Source: an uncultured delta proteobacterium (GTDB lineage Bacteria; Desulfobacterota; Syntrophorhabdia; Syntrophorhabdales; WCHB1-27). Taken from it: 64,000 nt of DNA. Location: positions 192,001-256,000 of the forward strand of contig CAWEPK010000007.1 of NCBI GenBank assembly GCA_963810935.1. Direction: 5' to 3'. Below, one piece after another: positions 41,252 to 50,613 of the stretch. Below the pieces are notes generated by a model. That model did no database searches. It saw only the letters and a program-made list of their open reading frames with translations, and was not told the DNA's origin. Position 1 is the first letter of the stretch. Each line of letters opens with the position of its first letter. The position numbers were made by a program, and so were the translations under genes.

Positions 41252-44200
41252 TTATAGCAATATATGTCCCGGAAGCCCGGTTTGCAGGGGCGCGATTTTT
41301 TCGGCCATGACGTTTATCACGCCGTCCTTGCGCTCAAGCGAGCCGTCAACGACGAGAAGCGGTTCCAGGCGGACGACCTGCCTGTATTTGTTGTAGACGT
41401 CGGGCCTTAGCACTACGTTGATCAGGCCGTCCGGGTCTTCGAGCGTTATGAAGGCGAAGCCCCTGGCCGTAGGCGGCATCTGAAGGCAGACGTTGTAGCC
41501 GCTCACCCTGACGGGCCTGCCTGCGCGCAGGCGTGCAAGGTCGCTGCTTTTTGCAACGCCCGCGCGGGATAGCCCCTCTTCGTATATGTCCAGGAGGTGG
41601 CCCGTCGCGGAAAAGCCCTGCACGCCGTAAGCGGCAAGCAGCTCATCTGTGCCGCTCATCTCGTCGAGTGGCGCAATTTCCGCGGCCCCGAAGTCGATCG
41701 CGTCCGCCGCGTGCGCGCCCTGGCCCATCGCGCCGAGTGCCCAGAGCAACTGCCTGCGCGAGCGTTCCAGGGCGTCGAAGGCGCCGACGACGATCAGACT
41801 CCGCAGAGCGCCTTTATCGAGGCGCGTGCGGACTGTGAAATCTTTGAAAGAGAGGAAAGGGCCGTCCTTGTCCCGTGCAGCCTCTACGGCGCGCGCTGCC
41901 TCCTCGCCCAGGTCCTTCACATAGCGGAAACCGAGTCGCACCTTTTTCTCCTTCGACTGCGCAGAGCGGCCCGCTCGCGTTCACGTCAACGGGGAGAATC
42001 GCGACATCGTGCCGCCTCGCGTTGCCCACGATCACCTCCGGCAGGTAGAACCCCATCGGCTGGTTGTTCAGAAGTGCGCAGTAGAATTCCGCCGGGTAGT
42101 AGAGCTTCAGGTAGGCGGAGCGGTAGCAGAGCAGCGCGAAGCTCATGGCGTGGCTCTTACAGAAGCCGAACTCGGCAAAGCCGCCGATCAGCTCGAATAT
42201 GGCGCAGCGCGGTCTGCCCGTCTATCCCTTTCTCCTTTCGCGCCTGCGACGAAGCGCTCCTGCCATCTTGCGAACTCGGCCCGCGCGTACTTCCGCCCCA
42301 TCGCCTTGCGCAGCCCGTTCGCCTCGGCTGCGGTGAAGCCCGCCGCGGCCATCGCCACTTGCAATATCTGCTCCTGAAAGAGTATGACGCCGAGGGTCTC
42401 CCGCAGCACGGGCTCCAGGAGCGGATGGATGTAGGATGGCGGCTCGCGGCCTGCGCGCCTGCGCATGTAAGGGTTGACCATGTGCCCCTGCAATGGGCCG
42501 GGGCGTATGATGGCGACTTCTATCCCTAAGTCTTCGAGGCTCTTAGGCTTCACCCTCGGCAGGCTCTGCATCTGGGCGCGGCTCTCGACCTGGAAGACGC
42601 CCACCGTATCGGCCCTGCCTATCATGTCGTAGACGCGCGGGTCGTCCTCGGGCAGGCGGTCGAAATCGGGCGCGGCAGCCGCACCGCGCGTATGCCTTAT
42701 CAGGCGGAGCGCCTCGTCGATGAGGGAGAGCATGCGCAGGCCGAGGAGGTCCATCTTGATCAACCCCGAGTCATCGACGCCGTCCTTGTCCCACTGGCAG
42801 ACTACGCGACCTTCCGCCCGCGCCCGCTCAAGGGGGACCATACGGGAGATCGGCTCACACGAGACGATCATCCCGCCGACGTGGATGGACAGGTGCCTCG
42901 GGAAATCGGCTATCTGCCCGGCGACGGCGGTGAAGCGGCCCCACGCTTCCGAGCCGAGGTACCGGGCGAACTCCGGTACGTTCCGCAGGTCGTCAATGGC
43001 GGAGGCGGGGCTGTAAGCGGAGACTGATTTCGCCATCCTGTCGAGCACGTGGGGCGGCAGGCCGAAGGCCTTGCCCACCTCGCGTATCGCGTTGCGCGCC
43101 CGGAACGTCACGTAGGTGCAGACCATCGCCGCGTGCTCTTCGCCGTACTTCCGGTAGACGTACTGGATCACTTCCTCGCGCCGCTGCGTGTCGATATCTA
43201 TGTCGATGTCCGGGACAGCGGACGACTCGTTCAGGAAGCGGCCGACGAAAAGGGCGTGCCTGATGGGATCGACGGGGGTGATGCCCAGCAGATAGGCGAC
43301 GAGCGAGCCTGCGGCCGAGCCGCGCCCCTGCGCGAGGATGGCGTGCGAACGGGCGAACTCTATGATGTCCCATACAATGAGGAAATAGCCGCACATGCCC
43401 TTGCGCTCGATGATGGCAAGCTCCTGGTCGAGCCTCGGCAGCGCATCGGGGGGAGGGGCTTCGCCGTAGCGCACCGGGATGCGCTCTATGCAGAGCCGCC
43501 GCAGGAGGGCAGATTCGGTCTCTCCCGGCGGACACGCGAACACAGGCAGCGAGTAGGACGAGAAATCGAGGTCGAACGCGCAGGCGTCCGCGACCGCGAG
43601 TGTCCGCCGTATCGCGTCCTCCGGCATGCCCGAAAGGCGGCGCATTTCGTCATATCCTTTCAGGTAGTATTCCGAGTTGGGGCGGCGGAAAGGAGCGGAG
43701 TCATCGAGGCTCACCCTGTTTTTGATGCAGGCGAGCACGTCTGCGAGCCTGTGGCCTGGCCGGGCGGCGTAGTGGACGTTGTTCGTGGCAACAGCGGGGA
43801 TGCCTGTTGCGCGGGCGAGGTCACAAAGCTTGCGGCAGAAGCGCGCGTCGCCGGGGTTGAGGTGGTGCTGAAGCTCGATGAAAAAATTGCCGGGGCCGAA
43901 AAGGGAAAGCAGGCGGCGGGCGGCTGCCTGCGCGTCGTCGTACCTGTGCGCGGCAACAAGGGAGGGGACTTCACCTTTCGCGCAGCCGGAAAGGCAGATA
44001 AGTCCGTCCGTCCGGCCCGCGAGAAGGGCAGGGTCGAGGCGCGGCAAGCCTTTGACACCGGAGAGCTGGGATTTTGTAATCAGGCCGCTCAAATTCGCAT
44101 AGCCGACAGCATTGCGGACAAGCAGGGTAAGGTGGGCGCCGCCGCAAAGAGTCAACTCCGCGCCGACAATAGGCTTGACGCCGGCGGCGCCGGCGGCGCG

Positions 44201-44350
44201 GCAAAAGCGCGGGACGGCGTAGAGGCCGTCGTGGTCGGTGAGGGCGAGGGCGGAAAGGCGCATCTGAGATGCGGCCTCAACGAGGGCTTCCGGGAAGGAT
44301 GCTCCGTCGAGGAGGGAAAAGTTGGAATGGGCATGAAGCTCGGCGTACAT
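41252..44350 (-). CDS. dnaE2: Error-prone DNA polymerase DnaE2/ImuC; frameshifts near 42200-42240 and 41945
   Basis: YAELHAHSNFSLLDGAS, GRGSAA, PDIDID, PRHLSIHVGG, FQVESRAQ, ALLNNQPMGFY, FITLED. Confidence 0.9.
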
Positions 44351-44363
44351 TTTCTATCGGAGC

Positions 44364-44550
44364 TTGACCTGTACAGACATTAGATGTACATAAGAAAGGC
44401 AGCCAGAGATTACAAACAAGAGCAGGAGCAGAAGGAGTAAACCATGAAGTGCGACAAAGAAGAGAAATCTATTCTCGACGCATACAGCAAGGGTAAGCTG
44501 ACTCTATCCATCCCTTCAAAGAAGAAGCTTGATACAATCAAGGCCGCTGT
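44364..44550 (+). pseudogene. Decayed BrnT/BrnA-like toxin-antitoxin remnant
   Basis: Promoter TTGACC-17-TACATA with tgtaca..tgtaca operator; toxin-like tail RKAARDYKQEQEQKE*; antitoxin-like start MKCDKEEKSILDAY cut off by the repeat at 44551. Confidence 0.5.
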
Positions 44551-44604
44551 GGCAAGTGGCGAGAACCAAATGAAGGGCAAGTCAAGTTGGTCAATTACAT
44601 CCCC
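44551..44604. repeat. Partial (right-half) copy of the 80-bp hairpin repeat
   Basis: ggcaagtggcgagaaccaaatgaagggcaagtcaagttggtcaattacatcccc. Confidence 0.85.
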
Positions 44605-44614
44605 TATCGTCCGG

Positions 44615-45013
44615 TCATGCCCAGTTCTCGATCGTGAGCCCCGGGATTCTTTTGAATTCCTTCAGATTGTTGGTCACGAGAATCGCGTCAAGGCTCCGGG
44701 CGTGAGAGGCGATCATCAGATCCATCGCCCCTATGGGCAGTCCCGCCTTCTCCAGATGAGTTCTTATCTCTCCGTAGTGGACCGCCGCAATGTCGTCAAA
44801 AGGAGCTATCTCGAAAGGAGCAAGAAAGCCCATTAGTGCTTCTTCGTTGCGCTCCGGACTGCCGCTCTTGACGACGCCATACCTCAATTCGGCGAGAGTT
44901 ACCGACGATATGCCGACATCGAAGGGCTTCAACGCCCTGAGCCGTTTGGCTACGGCAGGGGGGTTCTTCTTGATGACGTATATGCAGATGTTCGTATCGA
45001 GCATGAAGCGCAT
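44615..45013 (-). CDS. vapC: VapC PIN toxin
   Basis: MLDTNICIY, AELRYG, IGAMDLMIASHA, LVTNNLKEF. Confidence 0.95.
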   Translation of the reverse strand: MRFMLDTNICIYVIKKNPPAVAKRLRALKPFDVGISSVTLAELRYGVVKSGSPERNEEALMGFLAPFEIAPFDDIAAVHYGEIRTHLEKAGLPIGAMDLMIASHARSLDAILVTNNLKEFKRIPGLTIENWA

Positions 45014-45237
45014 CAGAAGTCCCTTTGTTCCACGGCCGGCTGCTTTCTTTCGGTCATGAAATCGTCGGAGAAGCGGCCGAGACTTTCGAAGAACGGCTTC
45101 CACGGGTCTTCCTTCGGAAAGAGGATTACGGTGCCTCCAACCTTGTTCACGTAAACCTCATCCCCCTCGAAACGATACTCCTTCGGCAGTCTTATTGCCT
45201 GGCTCTTGCCGTTCTTGAATATCTTCGCAGTATGCAT
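45013..45237 (-). CDS. vapB: VapB antitoxin (AbrB type)
   Basis: AKIFKNGKSQAIRLPKEYRF; translationally coupled to vapC; operator-like gtctatac-N6-gtatatac at 45256-45277. Confidence 0.95.
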   Translation of the reverse strand: MHTAKIFKNGKSQAIRLPKEYRFEGDEVYVNKVGGTVILFPKEDPWKPFFESLGRFSDDFMTERKQPAVEQRDF

Positions 45238-45320
45238 GTCCGAGCCTCCTTCTTAGTCTATACTTATGAGTATATACCTTGTGGTGAAGAAGTGCAACTA
45301 TATGTGGGGGGACTATGTGG

Positions 45321-45400
45321 GGGGACGTAGTTGACTAAGTTGACAAGGCAAATGGCGAGAACCAAATGAGGGGCAAGTCAAGTTAGTCAACTGCGTCACC
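45321..45400. repeat. 80-bp hairpin repeat, copy 2
   Basis: ggggacgtagttgactaagttgac-32nt-gtcaagttagtcaactgcgtcacc. Confidence 0.92.
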
Positions 45401-46396
45401 TAATCGGTTCAGGCTTTTTCGGCGACCGAGGTTATTTACTTATTTACGGTCGTCCCCTTGGGCTTCCTACGCCGTGTGCGCGGTTGTGGACTATGGATAG
45501 CTGCGTCCTTTAGCTGGCCCGGCGGTCGAGTATTTCTTCCTGAAGGGCTATATTTCGCTCGACTGGGCCGAGGGCAAGTGTTACAATCCGTAATGATTGC
45601 TCTAACCAGGAGATATGAGCTTTCCGAGAAAGGGCAAGGGCCGGCTTCATTCATTGAGTCAACAAACGAAACAACCTTGCCACCGACTCCCTAAGCGGCC
45701 CCAACAAAAAAAGAGACTATGTCGATATGACCATGCTTATCACTGAAATCCATTGTATAAATAGCCTATTATCTAATGGCTTTATCGTATTCGCCGCAGA
45801 CCGGCGTATTTCGCGAAGCGGTAATTACGAGGGTAGTCGAAAAAAAATATTCCCTATTCCATATCTTAGGGCCGGGATTGGTTTCTTCGGCCTGGCTGAG
45901 GTGTTTATTACACCCACAACGTCCTTGCCTATGAGCGATTGGCTGTCGAGCTTTATACGAAATAATTCAAGTCTTGGGACTCTGTCACTTTTTGCGAATA
46001 AATTGGCGGAGCAGTTAAACACAGCTATTCCCGCGCAGTCACGACAGAAATATATATCGGGGTTTCACATTGCCGGTTATACTGCTGGTGGAATGCCAGA
46101 ATTCTGGTTCGTCCGCAATGTGGAGGATGATCGCAAAAGTATCACAGGAGTGTACGCGGCAAGGGAGGATTTTCTTAGCAGAGATGCACGGGTCATGGGC
46201 TATGATGGAGTGAATGCGAGTTCGATTAGAACGTCATTTAGACAGACATACCGAAATGGTGATATTCGAGCGCATGTCACGGTGTGGGAGAAGATTGATG
46301 AGGGGTTTTCAGCTCTCGCTAGAGCAGCCGGAATTCAAGAAACTCAGGACGATTTCTGACTATGAGGAGTACGTCAAATTCAAAATGGAAATAATT

Positions 46397-47045
46397 TCAT
46401 TCTGGTAAACCCCCGGCTCTGCCGGGGGAATCCCGGAGTTTGACAATTCCGGGAATATATAGGAAAGCCTCCTGTATCCGTGAACCGTTTAGGCGGTCGG
46501 CAGAGTTAAGGAGGCTTTCGGTGGAAGATATTCAGAGCTTATGTCATACGGTATGGGATTGCAAGTATCATGTGGTGTGGATTCCGAAGTACCGGAAAAA
46601 GGTACTATACGGGAATCTCAGGAAGGAGCTAGGGCCCATCATCAAGGAGCTGGCGCGGCAGAAGGAGAGCGAGGTGTTGGAGGGGAAACTGGTAGTGGAC
46701 CACGTCCACGTGTTGCTCTCGGTTCCCCCAAAGTATGCCGTTGCCCAGGTGGTAGGCTTTATCAAAGGGAAGAGCGCGATCTACATAGCCCGGATGAGCG
46801 GCAGGAGACGCAACTTCGTAGGTCAGAGCTTTTGGGCCAGAGGTTATTGCGTATCGACCATAGGGTTGGACGAGCAAGCCATACGAGCGTACATCCAAGC
46901 CCAGGAAGAGACAGATCGAAGGCTCGACCAGATGAAACTGTTTGAGAAGGACAAATAGCTGCCTTTAGGCAGCTAACGCACAACTAACCGCTTTGAGCGG
47001 TTCACGGTTTTAACAAACCCCCGGCTTTGCCGGGGGTAGATGATT
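46397..47045 (+). mobile_element. IS200/IS605-family element (tnpA only)
   Basis: Subterminal hairpins aaacccccggctctgccggggg and aaacccccggctttgccggggg; excision restores the host reading frame (3-bp ATT ambiguity). Confidence 0.88.
46521..46958 (+). CDS. tnpA: IS200-type Y1 HUH transposase
   Basis: CKYHVVWIPKYRKK, DHVH, FWARGY, IRAYIQAQ; RBS aaggagg. Confidence 0.95.
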   Translation: MEDIQSLCHTVWDCKYHVVWIPKYRKKVLYGNLRKELGPIIKELARQKESEVLEGKLVVDHVHVLLSVPPKYAVAQVVGFIKGKSAIYIARMSGRRRNFVGQSFWARGYCVSTIGLDEQAIRAYIQAQEETDRRLDQMKLFEKDK

Positions 47046-47165
47046 GCGTACTTCTATAAGAGGTATTGTCGAACATCAATTATTGCGAGGCCGATTGACG
47101 CGTTTTCAATCAGTGGGAACACGGGGTAGTGCGATGCCACTTAATAAGTGAGTACCTGTGACGTG

Positions 47166-47245
47166 GGGGACGTGGTTGACTAAGTTGACAAGGCAAATGG
47201 CGAGAACAAAATGAGGGGCAAGTCAAGTTAGTCAACTACGTCTCC
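47166..47245. repeat. 80-bp hairpin repeat, copy 3
   Basis: ggggacgtggttgactaagttgac...gtcaagttagtcaactacgtctcc. Confidence 0.92.
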
Positions 47246-47271
47246 TATCGGTGTAGAAGGAGGTCGCAGAG

Positions 47272-47484
47272 ATGATGAGATGTAATATGACCGACCGGTG
47301 CAATGGCAAGTTTGATTTCACTCAGGGACGAGGAAGGAAAAGAGACTACCGTGATTGTCCTCATCACGGCAACCATACGCCAACAACGGGGGCCTACAAT
47401 GGTAGGGTCGGAAACTGCATGGGAGCCAATCAATGTCCAAATAGAACGCAGGACGCATGGTGCGAGTATGTAAAAGAGGATTAA
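47272..47484 (+). CDS. Small Cys/His-rich hypothetical protein between two repeats
   Basis: Strong RBS aaggaggt; 70 aa with 6 Cys; fills the inter-repeat interval. Confidence 0.6.
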   Translation: MMRCNMTDRCNGKFDFTQGRGRKRDYRDCPHHGNHTPTTGAYNGRVGNCMGANQCPNRTQDAWCEYVKED

Positions 47485-47506
47485 TATCGCGGCCAAGACG
47501 GACATG

Positions 47507-47586
47507 GGGGACGTAGTTGACTAAATTGACAAGGCAAATGGCGAGAACCAAATGAGGGGCAAGTCAACTCAGTCAACTACGTCCCC
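47507..47586. repeat. 80-bp hairpin repeat, copy 4
   Basis: ggggacgtagttgactaaattgac...gtcaactcagtcaactacgtcccc. Confidence 0.92.
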
Positions 47587-47694
47587 TATCGGTGTATCGG
47601 TGTCCTGGCCGACGCAGAGTGGGCTATGTGAGTCACACAACAAACGGATGGAGCCGACTACTTATCGTCCGGTTCAGCCACGCGTGAAAGCTAT

Positions 47695-48567
47695 ATGAAG
47701 AAAAAGAACTATAAGATAGGGCTTGTTGTCGGCCTCTTTCCCGAACAGTATAGGATTGCTGATCCGCGACTGAACAAGCCCGTTTGCCACCAGCAAATAG
47801 AAGAAGGGAAAGTTACAGGCTCAATGCTGCTGCAGGACCTTGAGATAGCAACAATCGACGGAGGCAAAGAGGTTACCTATTTTTGCCCCAACAATGTAGC
47901 CGTATTGTTGTCTGTGAGTTCCAAGGCCCTTGGCAAGGCAAAAGAGTTGTACAAGAAGTTCTTTCGCGCGCCGGATATGGAGTTTCGGATAGAAAAGATT
48001 GAAGGGGACAAGAAGGCTTTTCTAAATCAGGTATCCAGCGAGGTATGCGATTATATCGAGTACGTACAGACGTCCGTTGTGTTTGCTTACACGGCCTTGG
48101 AGACATTTACAAATCTCAGCATTCCTGAAGGATACCTGTATCAGACTGAAAACAAATCGAAAGGCGTAAAAGAAACTTATGACAAAAATGCCATAGAGCG
48201 CTGGCTAAGTCTGAAGGTCAAGGTCCAGCATATCCTAACGGAAATCTATGCAACTGAGAAGGCGGAACATAGGGAATGGTGGGGACACCTTTCTAATTTG
48301 GAACGGTACCGCAATGACATTATCCATCAAAAGACGATTACCAGCACCAGCTTCTATAAAGAGTATTTCAAGGCCACTGTTTTCCCAGCCTGTGAATGCC
48401 CACTGGCAATAATGAAATTCTTCTATGAAGCACACGCACACAACAACAGAACAAACCCGATATGGCCTTGGCTTGTTAACGAGAAGAACTATTTTCCTGT
48501 AAACACTCAATATGATTCGCAGGGTTTTGAAGTAATAGGGAATGCGTATGAAGGAATAAAGGAATGA
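47695..48567 (+). CDS. Hypothetical protein with HEPN-like motif
   Basis: FAYTALETFTN helix and RNDIIH (R-x4-H); low GC. Confidence 0.65.
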   Translation: MKKKNYKIGLVVGLFPEQYRIADPRLNKPVCHQQIEEGKVTGSMLLQDLEIATIDGGKEVTYFCPNNVAVLLSVSSKALGKAKELYKKFFRAPDMEFRIEKIEGDKKAFLNQVSSEVCDYIEYVQTSVVFAYTALETFTNLSIPEGYLYQTENKSKGVKETYDKNAIERWLSLKVKVQHILTEIYATEKAEHREWWGHLSNLERYRNDIIHQKTITSTSFYKEYFKATVFPACECPLAIMKFFYEAHAHNNRTNPIWPWLVNEKNYFPVNTQYDSQGFEVIGNAYEGIKE

Positions 48568-48678
48568 TCTCTAACCGTGCTATGCAGAGAACCGCGCACC
48601 GCTCCCGATGATGGGCCTGATGGCCCAGTGGTTGATATAGGCGACAAGCCATGTAGCCAGCGCATATATGCTACTATA

Positions 48679-48930
48679 TTACATGCTATCCTGCCGGAAC
48701 CACCCGTCGCTGATTAGGTCGCGGAATAGGGTGATGCGCTTCCGGTTTTCCAGCTCGACCAGGAAATAGAGCCGCGAGACTTCGTCTCGCCACCATTCTT
48801 CGTCGATGCGCCATGCATCTACGATACTTGCCACCCGCAGCCGCCTCTTTTTATAGGCTACCGCCAGTGGCCTCCCTTCGCCGTCTATCACGTCAATACC
48901 TTCCGGCTCGTATGGGCCCGGCCTGGACAT
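48679..48930 (-). CDS. Small protein resembling the ImuB C-terminal/DUF6504-like domain
   Basis: DGEGRP...WRIDEEWW...RLYFLVE...LFRD..W. Confidence 0.75.
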   Translation of the reverse strand: MSRPGPYEPEGIDVIDGEGRPLAVAYKKRRLRVASIVDAWRIDEEWWRDEVSRLYFLVELENRKRITLFRDLISDGWFRQDSM

Positions 48931-49388
48931 TACTAACCTGTTCTTACCGCGTTACTTATGGGACGTTTCAATATCCCGGCTTGCCTGCATTACGGCTTTG
49001 CTCTCGCTGCGTCCGCCTCACGACACCCCTCCTCCCCCCCCAAAGGGAGAGGGAAAAGGGTAGCCTGCATCGCTTTTGCAGTATCCCAACTATCAACCTA
49101 GGACAACCCGCTCTTACCGCCGCCCAATGGATGCGCAGCATCGCTGCTTCCGTTAGCGGCGGTTGCGGTTGGAGGAACGCCTCAAGGGGTCGTGATATGT
49201 GGATGCAATGTGAGACGTGGCGGCCGGAGATCGTACATAGGTACATCGGAGGCCCCAAGTCGAGCAGGGCGCCGCATAGCGCGGCCCCGCAGCAGGCGCG
49301 AGTCCAGCCGCCCGCAGTGCTCCGCCGTTGCTTTTTTGCCTCTTGTTTTTGTCACATCTATCCGCGTTGGTTTTGCCACCACCACCCG

Positions 49389-50573
49389 CTACGCATCCAC
49401 AAACCTCAACTGTCTCTCCGGCAGGCGCGAGTATGTGTCCCCTTCCTCCACCTTCAAAAGCGGCATATGCCCGTACCGTGCATTGAAATAGGACCGCACG
49501 CCGTCCAGGCGCTCAAGGAACGCCGAGCGCTTGCGGAACAGGCTCTCCTGCTCGCCGTCCGCGAAGACCGGCTCCGGTATCGCTAGCCGCAGCGCTACTA
49601 CCGGCCCGTCCAGGGTTAGGCTCTCTACGAAGTCCGACAGCCGCGCAAGCACCTCGTGGGCCTGTCCCGCCGGCTTCTTCATCACGATGGCCTTCTTGAG
49701 CGCACCCCCGCCCTGGAGGCGGAAAGACGCCTCGATCTTCCTGCACGCCATGCGCATGCGGCCAAGCTCTTCGGCAAGCTCCGACAACAGGCCCTCCATA
49801 ACTGCGCGCACCTGCCCCGACGTCTCTAAGGGCGCGTCGCACGTAAACTCCCTTTCAAGGCAGATAGGGTTGCGGCGCCGTACGATGGGTCTTCTCTCGT
49901 CCATGCCGTGCGCGGTCTCGAAAATGGCGGACCCCTTCGGGCCGAATTGCGCAGTGAGCGCCTTGCGCGACAGGGCGGCGACTTTTTTCAGCGTTGACAG
50001 GCCCAGCATCTGCAAATGCTCTTTTTCCGCCTCGTCGAGGGGGAGGGCATCGGCGGGCAGGAGCGAAAGAAACTCGATCTCTCCGCCCGGCTCGATGACG
50101 AGGCTGTCCCAGGCGCAGGATGCGGCCTGCCGCGCGATAAAGCGCGAGTTGCCGACGCCCGTCCTCGCACGCAAACGCGCGAGAGCGAGCATGTCGCGGC
50201 AGACGGCGGCGGCAGCGGCCTTCTCTCCGCCGTGGACGTGCGACGCCCTGGTGATGTCCAGGTAGGCCGTCCCGCATCCTTCCGGCTCGATCCTCAAAGA
50301 GAAGGCGCCGAGGGCGAATAAAACGTCCGCCCATACGGATTGGCACTTGCCGCTGTCGGGGAGGAAGAGGGCGTCGGGGCAGCGCAGGGAGGCGTCCCGC
50401 ATCGACATGCCGGCAAGCACGCCGGCCTGCGCTGCCTCTTCCGAGCAGTCGAGGGCGCGCCCGCCGCCATCCGCCGCATCGTATATGACGACAGGGCGGT
50501 CAGGGGGAAGGGGGCGGGACAAGCCCTCGACCTGGACATAGAAATGAGGAAAATGAACGCAGATAATTCGCAT
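49389..50573 (-). CDS. imuB: ImuB-like inactive Y-family polymerase
   Basis: Y-family fold motifs (AYLD, GVGNSRFIARQA) without the catalytic DMD/DE residues; linked to dnaE2 and lexA. Confidence 0.85.
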   Translation of the reverse strand: MRIICVHFPHFYVQVEGLSRPLPPDRPVVIYDAADGGGRALDCSEEAAQAGVLAGMSMRDASLRCPDALFLPDSGKCQSVWADVLFALGAFSLRIEPEGCGTAYLDITRASHVHGGEKAAAAAVCRDMLALARLRARTGVGNSRFIARQAASCAWDSLVIEPGGEIEFLSLLPADALPLDEAEKEHLQMLGLSTLKKVAALSRKALTAQFGPKGSAIFETAHGMDERRPIVRRRNPICLEREFTCDAPLETSGQVRAVMEGLLSELAEELGRMRMACRKIEASFRLQGGGALKKAIVMKKPAGQAHEVLARLSDFVESLTLDGPVVALRLAIPEPVFADGEQESLFRKRSAFLERLDGVRSYFNARYGHMPLLKVEEGDTYSRLPERQLRFVDA

Positions 50574-50575
50574 GG

Positions 50576-50613
50576 CTTGATTAATATAGTACATGCGTAC
50601 TATATTAATCAAG
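50576..50613. promoter_or_regulatory. Perfect 17-bp-arm palindrome containing AGTAC-N4-GTACT (candidate SOS box)
   Basis: cttgattaatatagtac-atgc-gtactatattaatcaag directly upstream of the imuB start. Confidence 0.7.

Larger units (their letters stand above)
45727..47129 (+). pseudogene. Proteasome-beta/Ntn-hydrolase-like gene disrupted by IS200 (plus a frameshift near 46315)
   Basis: MT start, IVFAADRR, KKIF, GFHIAGY; reading ...KFKMEII resumes at 47046 with AYFYKRYCRTSIIARPIDAFSISGNTG*. Confidence 0.65.
44351..48679. mobile_element. Low-GC cargo island (TA/defence-like genes separated by hairpin repeats) inside the imuB-dnaE2 cassette
   Basis: GC drop, four copies of an 80-bp repeat, TACAT at both borders (44346-44350 and 48680-48684). 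Confidence 0.6.

Noticed and set aside
37412..41386. dnaE2 duplicate as a diversity-generating retroelement TR/VR pair
   Set aside because: Mismatches are not adenine-specific on either strand and there is no reverse transcriptase
41940..42240. Programmed frameshifting or true pseudogenisation of dnaE2
   Set aside because: Similar indels occur across many unrelated genes, so sequencing error is more parsimonious
43049..44383. Long antisense ORFs (also 54232-55569, 40161-41396, 26355-27320)
   Set aside because: Shadow frames of real GC-rich genes on the opposite strand
44551..47586. 80-bp repeats as a CRISPR array
   Set aside because: Repeats are too long, intervals are 0.26-1.8 kb and contain genes, and no cas genes are present
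48968..49385. Short ORFs between imuB and the small downstream gene
   Set aside because: No recognisable motifs, and the region contains REP-like hairpins
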